From the NCBI GenBank assembly GCA_973851085.1, contig OZ316776.1, forward strand, positions 124,001-188,000: a stretch of DNA of 64,000 nt, read 5' to 3'. Position numbers and translations under genes: made by a program. The DNA comes from Ptychomitrium polyphyllum. Taxonomy: Eukaryota. The notes under the pieces were generated by a model. The model was given only the letters and a program-made list of their open reading frames with translations. It made no database searches and was not told the DNA's origin. Positions 1 through 11,572 of the stretch are shown here, piece after piece (positions within the stretch are counted from its first letter, which is position 1; the number at the start of each line of letters is the position of its first letter).

Positions 1-2144
1 AATGGTGCCGCAATCTTGGAATAACTCTTGATGAATATCCTGTAGGAGTTTGCAAATCCCAAGAAGCATTGAACATTTTGAATTGATCTTGGCGTATTCC
101 ACTCCATGATAGTGCTTATTTTTTTTCTTATCCATATGGATTCCTCCTTTGGAAATGATGTAGCCTAAAAATTCAACCGAGGATTTGTGGAAAAGGCACT
201 TCTTTAATTTGGCATATAATCCTCGCTGGCGTAATTTTTCTAAGACCACTCGCACATGACATTTGTGGTCTTGTTCATCCTTTGAATATATCAGAATGTC
301 ATCTAAGTAAATGACTACAAAATCATCAAGATGTTCATGGAAGATATCATTCATCATATGTTGGAAGCCTGCGGGAGCATTAGTAAGGCCAAAAGGCATG
401 ACATTGTATTCAAAATGACCATGCCTAGATTGAAAAGCTGTCATCCATTCATCTCCTTTTTTGATGTGTACAAGATTGTAGGCTCCTCTAAAATCAATTT
501 TGGTGAATATCTTTGCTTGGCCAAGTTGTTGTAGGAGTTCTGAGATTAATGGTAATGGATAGCGATTCTTTTTTGTTACTTTATTGAGGCCTCAATAGTC
601 CACGCACATATGCAATGGTCCATCTTTCTTCTTTACAAATAAAATGGGTGCTCTTGCCGATGATTTGGAGTGCTGAATGAAGCCTTTTCCAAGGTTTTCA
701 TCAATATAATCTCTCAAGGTAGCCAACTCGGTTTGTGATAAGTTATAAATAGGTCCAAAAGGTGGTTGGACTCCTTCTTACAACTCAATGGTACAATTAT
801 AAGGTCGGTGCTTTGGTAACATGTCCGCATTCTTCTTCTTGAAAACGTCTTTATAATCTTGATATTGACGAGGTATATTTTTATTTGTCTCTATTATAGA
901 GCTGGACATTGGCATGGCATAAATGACATAGATTGGTTCATCTTTTGCCGCTCTCATAAATGCCTTAGTTGCAATAAATGATGGTCTAAGATTTCTCGTA
1001 CCTTGACGTCTTTTCTCTAAAACCACATTCCAAGAGCGCCAATCAATGTCTAGATAATGTAATTCAAAACAAAGAAGGCTCAAAACAATAGGATTTGTTC
1101 AGCATTGAATAATATTGAAGACAATCTTAGGTGCCTAATCTCTTAAAACAACCTCCAGGGATTGAGTTTCTTCAAAAACGTTGCCAGACGCAAGAGATCA
1201 TCCATCAATAACTTCAACAGGTGCGGGATATTTTTTCTTCAAAAGCACCATGTGATGTTTGGTTGCAAAATCCTTGTCCATGAAACATGCTGTTGCACTA
1301 GTGTCTAAAAGAGCCTCACTAATTATTTCATCATCTAACAATTTATTTTTGATAGGAAATGTAAAATAAGAGGTAGGGCTTGAAGATAGTAAGAGACCTT
1401 GATTTGATGGTTGTTTCCTTGTGGTGTCCAGTCGCATGGTCCCTATTGTAACTGGACAACCTCATTTTTCAACTCCACTATTGTGCTTTGAGCCTTAAAG
1501 GAAGATCCTTTGATTTGGCAATTGCGCACTTTATGTCAAGACTTGCCACAATACAAACATAGGTCTTTTCTTCGACGCCTTTTTTTTTCTTCTGGAGTCA
1601 AACGTCTAAATTAAGCAACATCAATTTGCATAGGTTCTGATCCTTGTGGTCGGCTTTCTGATATTCTCAAAGAAGTGGTAGTCATGCTTTGATGTACTGG
1701 TCGCCATCCCAAGCGTTGTTCTTGGCGCCTCTCAAATAGTCTGTTGTCACATGCTATTGCCTGAGTGATGAATTCGTCCAATGTTTCAACTCTTAGCATT
1801 GTGAGTAGCAAGTCCTTCATTTTCTTTCTTAAGCCCCATCGGAATTGTGGGACCAAGGCTTTATCATTCCAATCAAGGTCGCAAGCTAATTGTCGAAATT
1901 TTGCAGCATATGTAGCAACTAAGCACTGTTCTTATTGGAGACTCAAGATCTTTGTCTTAGCCACCCTCTCTCGATTGGTGTCTCCAAAAATAGATGTCAA
2001 TGCTTTCATAAAGGCATCTAAGTTGTTCAATAATGGGGACTGCTTCTCTATTAGTGGTGCAAACGACAATAGTGCATTGTTTGATAATAGAGTGGTATTA
2101 TAGGACCTTTGCTTTGACAAAGATGAAAAGTAGTCTTGCCAAAT

Positions 2145-3124
2145 TGTTAGGGACATAAAAAACAAGAAGCAGAAATGAAGTGTTTCCCAAGAATTAGCTT
2201 CCAAAGAACTAATGATTAACAAAAAGTTGATACAAAAGCTAGAATAAGGCAGGATTCAAGATGATTCATAACTTGTGTTGGCAAGACTAAGGAATATCTT
2301 GTCAGGCCTCGTATTTATACTATGACGCTTGTATCTTCTAGGATACTTCAAAAGAAGCTTCCTACAAGGTTGAAGAATGTTCTGGAAGTCTAGGGAACCT
2401 TTCCAAGAAGTTTCCTAAGATGTTGGAACCTTCCTAAGAAGTGTCCAAGGAGTTGGAACCTTCCTTGGAAGTTTCCCAAGATAGTCGAACCTTCTTAGGA
2501 AGTTTCCGAAAATGATGGAACCTTCCCAGGAAGTTTCCTAAGGTGATGGAATCTTTGTAGGAAGCTTCCTACAAAGTTACCAAAGATGATAGAACCTTCC
2601 TAGGAAGTTTCCTAAAATGATAGAACCTTCCTAGGAAGTTTCCTAAGGTGATAGAATCTTTGTAGGAAGTTTCCTAAGGTGATGGAATCTTTATAGGAAG
2701 TTTCTTAGGAAGTTACCTAAGATGATAGAACCTTCCTAGGAAGTTTCCCTAAAGAGGGAGAACCTTCCTATGAAGTTTCCTAAGGTGATGGAATCTTTGT
2801 AGGAAGTTACCTAAGATGATAGAGCCTTTGTAGGAAGTTTCTTAAAGATGTAGAACCTTCTTAGGAAGTTTCCTAAAATGATGGAACCTTCCTATGAAGT
2901 TTCCTAAGGTGATGGAATCTTTGTAGGAAGTTTTTTAAGAAGTTACCTAAGATGATAGAACCTTCCTAGGAAGTTCTTAAGGTGGAGGGACTTTCCGAGG
3001 AAGCTTCTTAAGATCATGGAAAAGACTATGGAGACATTTAAAAGTATTATAAGAAGCTATTATAGTATACTGGAAGGTTCTAGAATATTCTAAGGATTAT
3101 GTTGTATGATCTATGTCCCTGACA
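2145..3124 (-). repeat. Family B 5' LTR (~980 bp), lengthened by an internal tandem array
   Basis: Starts tgttaggga and ends tgaca; homologous to 53727-54279, 59674-60196 and, inverted, 4709-5250. Confidence 0.9.
2390..3010. repeat. Degenerate ~30-bp tandem repeat (consensus ~GAACCTTCCTAGGAAGTTTCCTAAGATGATG) inside LTR U3
   Basis: Roughly 20 imperfect units visible, many containing the palindrome CTTCCTAGGAAG. Confidence 0.9.
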
Positions 3125-4584
3125 GATGGCAGAGCTTAAAACAACCATAAGATTAAATTAGAAGAAGCTCAGGAACAATATAAAACGGCAGCAAATGCAA
3201 CAAGGAAGGAACAACCTCCATTCCAAGTTGGTGAGAAGGTGCGGCTCCTCCAACGCAATATAAAGATCAATAGGCCATGCGATAAGATGGACTATTGCAA
3301 ATTGGAACCATTGGTAATCAAAAAACAAGTCAAACCATGTGGCATATTGTTCGGAACTACCAACATCAATGAAGGTATATCCCGTCTTCCATGTTTCACT
3401 TTTAGAAGCTTATAACAAATCAAGTATCCTTGGACGAAGGCAGTTGCCACCACCTATAGTCAAAATCAACAATCATCATGAGTTTGAAGTGGAAGAAATG
3501 CTTGACTCATGGATAAGACATGAAAAGTTTGAATACTTGGTCCATTGGCGCGGATATGATATTAGTGAATGTACATGGAAGCTAGCTAACAATCGTGCCA
3601 TTTTACTTGTAAAAGCTTGTAAATTTCATCAACATCATCCATGTAAACCAAAAGTAGCAACAGAAAGAATAAAAGCTTGATAAGGTTGTGTAACCTTGAA
3701 GGCTCTTGATGCTTGGGCTTTTAAATAGGAGAGAAAGTAATTCTAAGATCATAAGTTTCCAAAGCCTAAAATATGATTTAGAAATTAGTCGTTTGTATTT
3801 TGAAGTTTATCATAGTTTTTTTTAAGTAATTCAATATTTTAGATATGGACAGTTAAGATGCAAATACCATGCTAGTGGTATCAACCCAACAAAGTGATTC
3901 TTGTCAACAACCTCTTGATGAAGAATGGTCCAAGAAGACGTCAAATGATACCTAGATATAGATCAATGGTGATTGCCTTTGAAGTGGAGCTGGTTTACAA
4001 AAGTTATCCAAAAGCTATTCTTAAAGGACACTTTTACAACAAAGATACTAAAGTTTATGCTTAGTTTCAAGTAAAAGGCATTGAAAACTCAATGGTTACA
4101 AGGACCTATGAACCATTTGAATTGTGAAAGGCAATTGGAATATGTTGCAGATACCATGCGACAAATTTTTGACTTCTTACAAATCAGAGCACTTATTGCA
4201 ATATGCTCCTTAGAAACCTCGGAACTAGAAGAAGAGGTGATATAACGGACATACATATTAGAAGCATCTAAAAAGGTTCTTAGAAGGTTTAGGAAGATTC
4301 CTAGGAAATTAACTTAGCTTAGAAAGCTTCCAAGGAAGCAATTCAAGGTTGTTTGATTACAAAGCAATGTTGTAGAAGCTTCCAAGGCTTGTAATTCTAG
4401 TATATATAGGAGTCAAGGTTGAAGGAATCTTTTGTATCAACAACGCATCTCTTGTTGTTTAGCTTAGATTTTTTGGTCTTGTCTTTATACTTTGTTATAG
4501 CTCTTTACTTCTAATATACCTTGGACATATTTTATTCCACATCTTGGAATCTTGAAGCGTTTTGTAATTATTTTGACCATAACA
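3125..4584 (+). mobile_element. Ty3/gypsy chromovirus family D, 3' end: integrase C-terminus, chromodomain, extra-ORF remnant, PPT, 3' LTR
   Basis: ORF 3339-3680 has VYPVFHVSLLE and chromodomain FEVEEMLDS...EYLVHWRGY. PPT agaagaagaggtga at 4227-4240, LTR 4241-4584. Inverted homolog at 61.5-62.9 kb. Confidence 0.9.
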
Positions 4585-5416
4585 TCTAGGATATCTCTAA
4601 AGAAGCTTCATACACTATTTAAGAATGTTCTAGAAGTCTATGACACCTTCCCAAGAAGTTTTTCAAGATGTTTGAAGCTTTTTAAGAAGCTTCCAAGGAA
4701 GTGGAAACTGTCACAAACATAAATCATGCAACACAGTCCTTAGAACATTCTAGAACCTTCTAGTATATTATAATAATTTCTTAGAATACTTTTAAATGTC
4801 TCCATAGCCTTTCCATGTTTTTAAGAAGCTTCCTAGGAAAGTTCCACCACCTTTGGAAACTTCCTAGGAAGGTTCCGCTATTTTAGGGAGTTTCCTAGGA
4901 AGGTTCCAACATCTTAGAAAACTTCTATGGAAGGTTCCAACTCCTTGGAAGCTTCTTAGGAAAGTTTCAACATCTTTGAAAATTTCTTGAGAAGGTTCCT
5001 TAGACTTCTAGAACATTTGTAAGCCTTGTAGGAAGCTTCTTCAGAAGTATCCTAGGAGATACAAACGTCATAATATAAAATAAGAGGCAAGTCAAGGTAT
5101 TTTACAGTCTTGCCAATACAAGTTGTGGATCATCTTGAATCCTGCCTTGTTCTAGTCTTTGTATCAAGTTTTTGTTAAGCATTAGCTCTTTGGAAGCTAA
5201 TTTTTTGGGAAACACTTTGTTTTTGCTTCTTATTTCTTGTGTCCCTAATAGAACCTTCCTAGGAAGTTTTTTGAGGTGATGGAACCCTTTTAAGATTTTC
5301 CCAAGAACGTAAAAACGGCTATGGGAACATTAAAAATATTTTAAGGAGTTACTATCAAATACAAAATGGTTCTAAAAGGCTCTAAAGTCTATGTTCCATA
5401 ATCTATGTCCATGACA
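4585..5416 (-). mobile_element. Older family B LTR remnant interrupted by a solo LTR
   Basis: 4585-4708 and 5251-5416 match the U3 part of 2145-3124; ends atctatgtccatgaca. Confidence 0.75.
4709..5250 (+). mobile_element. Family B solo LTR (~542 bp)
   Basis: tgtcacaaac...gtccctaata is the reverse complement of the other family B LTRs; flanks gaaac/gaacc form an imperfect 5-bp TSD. Confidence 0.85.
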
Positions 5417-5590
5417 TGTATTTGAACTACAAGCCTTATAAGTTTTAAAAAGAACTTGGATTACAATATTTTGTGCTCAAATAATCTTGATTTGCTTTCT
5501 TAGAAGCTTTCTTAATTATATCAATATTCCTAACTTTTTTAAACTTTTTAGGAATTTTTTTGAAAACTTAATATATAGATGTTTGTGATA
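5417..5590 (-). mobile_element. Highly decayed family D LTR fragment
   Basis: Resembles 61510-61775 (gaactacaagcct... gctttcttagaagcttt). Confidence 0.55.
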
Positions 5591-8369
5591 ATTTTTTGTT
5601 GGTTAGAAATCTTTAATATTGTAATATGTATTCAAATACATATTAAAATTCAATGAGTTATTTCAAATTTCTTGCATTTTGATTGATTTTTAATAGTCAT
5701 GGTTATTAATGTTTTTAAAATGTGCAAGAAATATATATGTTGTTGATAAGTGAATCCATAATATTTTTATATGTTAGGTTCAAATGAAGAATTTAATTAT
5801 AGATTAAACTCATATCTATGAAGATATGACCATCATTTATATTATAAGATGAAAAATAGTGTGATATTATGTCATATAAATTATCTAAATGATCAAAATG
5901 TTAATAGTTTTTTTTTACAATCATTGACAAATATTAGGCGTCATTTACTTTTAGAATTGGTATTAACATGTCAATTTTTATGTTTTCATTGTGAAAATCA
6001 ACTCAAGTTTTAATATAAGTTTATCGTGGATAAAAATATTTATTTATTTTTGTTTTTGTTTTTAAGGGCTTCTACAAGGTAAATTTTACATAAATATACT
6101 AACTATAAACTTATACAAAAATCAGTTATAAGCAAAGAAAATGTTGATATTATTCTTATGTGTAATTAAACTTTTTATACCTTGGCTTTAGAATTCTTTT
6201 GACATTATTATAAAGAATCTTGCTTCTTTTTTATTTTTATATAATTTCTAAAAATATATACTTCAGGTTATTTAATACTTATTCTTTTAATTACTTAAAT
6301 TATTATTTCAGTACATCTTTCAAGATTCTTTTATATAAATACAATCTTAAATTCTCTTAAATTATCATTATTATGTTATTTATCTTTTAAGTTGATTTTC
6401 ATTTTGTTAATTCAATTGTTTTATAAAACTTTCCTTGTATTTTTAAATTTTCAATATATTTCCTATTCATTATAATATATACATTAATTTATTTTAAGTC
6501 TATAGAATCTAAAATCAAATCCAATTTGAATAAACATACATTTTATCAGTTAAATTTTACAATCATTTGTAAAACCATTAAAATTTAGATGAAATTGTTT
6601 CATATGAACTACAATTAAAAAGAAAAATAGTATTGATATTCTTAAAAAGATAAATCTTTTAGGATTTTGTACAAAATACAAAGTAGATTTGTCTGCACTT
6701 TTCAAATATTTATTACTTTTATTTTTTACTATTTATACTTTTAAACTTGTTATTTTTCCACTGTTTTATATTTTTTGTTTATTATTTATAGTTTATTTTA
6801 GTACCTCTTTAATATTCATTAAAAATGTATATATACTATTTATTATTTTCATTTTATTAATTTCTTTACTTTTTTTTCCTATTTTATTACTGATACTTTT
6901 TTGTTTGCTTTTTATTATCATTTAAATTTTAAATTTTTTTAAATTTTTACAATTGTACAAAAATTTGCAATAAATGACATGTTTTTGCAATAAATTTGCA
7001 ATAAAAGCCACCATACTAGTTTTTAATTGATACTATAAAAATAATTTTTATAAAACATTAATCGTAGCTTGTAAATAAAGAAGTATAACTTATATTAAAT
7101 AATTATTTTTTAAATATATTATTTATAATTAAAAAGAAGGCTATAAGTTAAAATTTACAAATTTAAAGGTTCATTATAACCTTTGAACTTATATCTTGAA
7201 TTATCAAATTATGAACCTTATTATATATTTTTAATTTACAGAGGGTCTGAATTTTATTTACGTTTAAAAGATTAAATCTAGTTTATTACCAAAATCTCAT
7301 TCAAATACTTTATTATATTCATTATATTGATTAAATCAAATAAAAAGTGATAATTCCAAAAAGAATAACCATTTTTGTACAAAATTTAATTGAATTGATA
7401 TCTATTGCATTGCCGTAAAATTTATACTTAAAGTAATAAATTACAATAGAGAAAACTAAACAATATTGAAAATGATAATCAATGTTATATAAGGTTTGGT
7501 GTCATAATAAATTACCTTGTAGGTAATACCATTCATAAAAAATCTGGAAAGTGCCTTTGTGTTCAAGTTCAAGTTAAATAAGTGATGAAATTTAGAATTG
7601 GTGACAATAATTCAGCCGTTTGCGTTTAGCATCATGGCAAGGTAGTTAGAATTGGTGATGCTGAATAACATTTTGTAATGAAATTAACCTAAGATGGGCT
7701 AAAAAGAGAAACTACTTTAGGTGTCATGCTCCCACCTTTGAGCAGTAACTGTGGGCTGCCACGACAACCCAGCAGACAAGAGAAAGGGCTGGCGTGGCAG
7801 CGTGAGAGTACTTTGGTGATGCAGATGGGGACGCGTGTTGCCTATGGGACGCGCCACTTGAAGGCGTCGCCAGTTCGACGGGCTCGGACGGGGAACCGGG
7901 CAAGCCCCGGTAGCAGTGATGGAGGAGTAGGGGATGAAGTTATGGCCGGTGGGAAAAACGAGGGAGCGACCGGCGATCAGGGGTGGCAAGGGGGTGAGGG
8001 GTAACGAGGCACTCTGTGGCTGAGGCCGGGGCCGGGGCAGGGGCGGGGGCGGGGGCTTTTGGCTGGGCTTTCGTGGGTGTGAAGCGCTTTAAACTTAATT
8101 TCTCCTCTACCAAACCCTGTGATCCTCACTCTGTGCTGTGTGCTTCCGCGTTGCGCTGCTCTGCGTTGGGCATTGTCGACTACCGTTTCGTGCTCTGCGA
8201 TTGTACCGGGCGTGTTGAGGCATTGCTGCGCGCCGTCTTCCCAGTCCCCCTTGGGGTCGCTGCGTTTGATTCGGCGCAGCTTCCGCGACAGTTTGACGGC
8301 TGCAGCGCGAGGAAGTTGTAGGGGATTGGAGTGCGAGATCTGAAGCCTTCTTTTGAAGCCATACTCGCG

Positions 8370-8762
8370 ATGGCGCTGGAATGGGCTGCGATTGGCGCCG
8401 TCACGGCGGCGGAGGCGCTGATTCTGTTGCTCTTGACGATGCCGGGATTGGGTGGGATGCGCAAAGGGTTGATTGCTGTGGCCAGGACGGCGCTCCAGCC
8501 GTTATTGGCAGTGGTTCCGCTTTCACTCTTCTTGGCACTTGAGATTTACTGGAAGTACGAGCATATGACGGAATGCAAGGGTCCTCAGTGCGGTCCCATG
8601 GAGAGAGATCGTGCTCAGAAATCGGTGATAAAGAGCCAGCGGAATGCTATTCTTGTGGCTGGTGCTTTGTTGTTGTACTGGACTTTGTACAGGGTTACCG
8701 CAATGATGGTGCGCATGGAGCAGCTCAGCGCTCAGCTGAAGAAATTGAAGCCCTCAGACTAA
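8370..8762 (+). CDS. B-cell receptor-associated protein 31-like (BAP29/BAP31 N-terminal family) ER membrane protein, 130 aa, intronless
   Basis: MALEWAAIGAVTAAEALILLLLTMPGL...IYWKYE...QKSVIKSQRNAILVAGALLLYW matches, from memory, the small plant BAP31-like proteins; three hydrophobic helices and a C-terminal coiled coil. Confidence 0.9.
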   Translation: MALEWAAIGAVTAAEALILLLLTMPGLGGMRKGLIAVARTALQPLLAVVPLSLFLALEIYWKYEHMTECKGPQCGPMERDRAQKSVIKSQRNAILVAGALLLYWTLYRVTAMMVRMEQLSAQLKKLKPSD

Positions 8763-11572
8763 GTTAGGTGTTCCTCTGGTCAGTAGTATTTCCTTGTGCC
8801 GGCATGCACATGTTCGAGAGTTTAGGGTGCTTATGACTGCTTTCTTTTTAAAAGTCTGGGACGCAAGTAAGCTGATTTGCTGTCTGGTTTTTTTCGAACT
8901 TGGTTGACGGCCTTTTGACCAGTGCAGAACCTAATGTATAGGTGGAAATATGTTCAATGTACGCCCCTTTTTTTTGGGGGTGTTTATAATCGTAATTTAT
9001 TTTATTATCATTGTTCTCCTTGCTAGGTCTGAGCCTTGTTACTCTGTATGGCTCCTGCGTTCACGGGAAATGAATTGTTACACGCTTATATCGTGGCCCT
9101 TCGCCTTGCTTTGGGATTTGTAACATTGAAATAAACTCAGTTATCACTATGATGCAATCTGAAACAGGGAGTCTCCGTTTTTCCTTGGGATGTGATTGTT
9201 TTGGTCATCTTCGTCCAGATTTGCATCTTATATGCACACTATGCATGACAGCATGTCGCTGTGCTTTGCAACATGGCTTTTGGCAGTAGTGTTGATATGA
9301 GTGTATGTACTTGTTGCTTGGTGTAATCAAAACACTTGATTGAACTAGGTTAAATGGTGCATAGTCTTTCATTTTGTAGCACTTCATCTATCGTTTTGAT
9401 TTTCCTGATAAACCTAGAGTTGGATAGAGAATTGAGTTAAATAGGTAAACCGATTTTATGTGTCATTGAATGCTTCCTATACGTTACATGGCTACAAACC
9501 TTGTTTTGGGTTTATGGAGATTGTCTTAATATGATCCCATTGGTAAAGGTGTTTGATTTGCGGATAAAGAAGGATACAAAAATTAGGATAAGCAACACCT
9601 ATTGTTGTTTGATCAGATTGTGACTTGTGAGTCAAATATCTTCTTAGTCCCCATTATCTCATACTGCTGATGAACTAGTGTGTTAGGTTGCAACAGCATT
9701 TCAGAAACTATCAGTATGTATCATCATATATCCGAACAGTGATGATTTCCCGAACTTGTTGGTTCTTGAAATAGCTACCTTCACAAAGTAAAAGCTTCAA
9801 GTCTCCTGGGATTGCATAAACATTAGTCTTAATATAGACAACATGAACGATATATTTGAAGTGAAATCCACTTGCATAGCACCAAGGTAGAGAGTTTGAT
9901 TTTGGGATCTGACCCGGTCAAACTTAGCTGTGCAGGATGATGCTACATAGTGTATGTGAAGTGTACACTCACACTATGTAGAAGCTCCTTGTCTACAATT
10001 TACACAGTAAATACTTCGTTGCATTTGTTTAGTAATCAAAGATTTGGTCAATTGTTTGTGGTACTCGATAGTACACAAGCGCTGTCACGAAGAACGGGGA
10101 AACCTCGCTGTTGAATTTCGCTGGAGAGTTGATTGTACTTCTGGTTTGTGCAAAAATCACAAGGGACAACATGGTTTGCGACAATCTACCAACAGATCTT
10201 CGTGGAAATCTGTGATCTCGAGATTTATACGTGGAGCTTGGATTTCCACAGAAGTTTGAACGTTGCAGTGCAGCATTAGGTTTGCATGTTTGCAGTCGTT
10301 CCTTAAATTTCAATAAGTATCTCGGCGGAACTGGTTGAGTGCATACCCTAGATAATCTGATGTAGTTGGGTGCGTCGGTAGAAGAAGTTTTGGTGAGGCA
10401 TGAGTCAGGAGTGGTTAGGGTGAGGTTTGAACGAACGTCGTTGAAGCTGGGACTGAACGATTGAGCAACATCGGTGGAGTACAAAGAAGCTGGACTTCCG
10501 CCTTGGGGAGGAGTTTAAGGAACCAATACGGGTATTTACATCCCAGTGGCAGCTCCTGCTCGAAACTAACGGTCACCTTTTCAGAACTTTTTTAGAATTG
10601 TGTTCCCACCACGGCGTCATATTGTTGCAATACCAAATGTGAATGATTTCATTTCAACAGCTAAATAATGAGTTAGCTGATGGTTCTCATCGAGACGGTT
10701 CCTAAGCATTGTGAATGATGATGGGTCTCTACTTCCTAAATTTTTTGGAAGAAAGATCTATGAACTGTTTCTAACACCAAAGGCAGCGAGGCTTTCAGCA
10801 GCCATGAACACCCGCAATACAGCCGTGAACAGAGTGTTTTGATTTTGTAGGGCAGGGTTCAATAGGGATGAATAGCATGAAATGGACAGTGGACGGACGG
10901 TTGCCAAGTTGAAGAAAACATTGCCTAATGAAAGAGGAAAACTAAGACGAGAAAAGGCGTGAGAATGAAGATAAAAAGAAGAGGAAAAGAAAAGCAGCGA
11001 AAGAAAAAGAGAAGGGCAGCGACCTACCGTGAGTGAGTGAGCCCAGTCGTATAGTGAGTCGGAGGGGTGGTGGTGTGTGGAAGAAGCCGCTGTGCACAAC
11101 CGTGACAACGCAGCATTAGAACAGCAGCAACGAGGAAAGGAAGGCATAGGTAGGGGGAGGCAATTTGGGGCTCAATGCACACAGTACAATAATCTGGAGG
11201 CTCTGTGATTCGATGCAATGCTGGAACGAAGATTCTGCCTTGCGAGCACATGCACCCTGATCAGGATGATCAATGCTTTGCAGAGATGTTAACGATGAGG
11301 ATGCCCAGAGCAGCACCCTCCCGTCGGCACGAGCATCACTTGTCCCTGACGAGCAACCCTCTATCTCTCTCTCTCGCTCACTGCTTTCTGTTGCCCAACC
11401 TGAGGTTCGACACCCCCTAAGATAAGTTATTCTTCTACCTCAGGACAATTCCCTGCCTTTACCCGCCCCCATCTTCAACTTCGTCCTGTCCCCTTTCCCT
11501 TTAATTCCTCTGCCCTCCGCCGCCGCCGCTGCCACGTTCTGCAGTTCTATGCTCGTGGCATGGTGTTGCGCC

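Larger units (their letters stand above)
1..3124 (-). mobile_element. Degenerate Ty3/gypsy chromovirus (Tcn1-like, family B), 5' part: 5' LTR, PBS, internally deleted gag, protease, RT; runs off the left edge
   Basis: Minus-strand fragments encode gag (QFRWGL...EPMQID plus a zinc-knuckle remnant), protease (ALLDTSAT) and RT ([24 protein letters not shown]) with many stops/frameshifts. LTR 2145-3124 (TG...CA); PBS-position motif at 2131-2141. Confidence 0.93.

Noticed and set aside
2390..3010. CRISPR-like array of ~30-bp palindromic repeats
   Set aside because: Units are contiguous with no unique spacers, lie inside an LTR, and there are no cas genes; the DNA is eukaryotic.
6689..6925. 78-aa hydrophobic ORF
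   Set aside because: Product of T-rich low-complexity DNA with a TTG start and no motif.
5590..7700. Possible decayed Helitron or DNA transposon (weak hairpin plus CTAGT near 7016-7020)
   Set aside because: Too degenerate; no recognisable Rep/helicase or transposase motif and no defined other end.
7717..8464. Several overlapping 70-100 aa ORFs
   Set aside because: Expected by chance in a GC-rich promoter/5' UTR; no family similarity.
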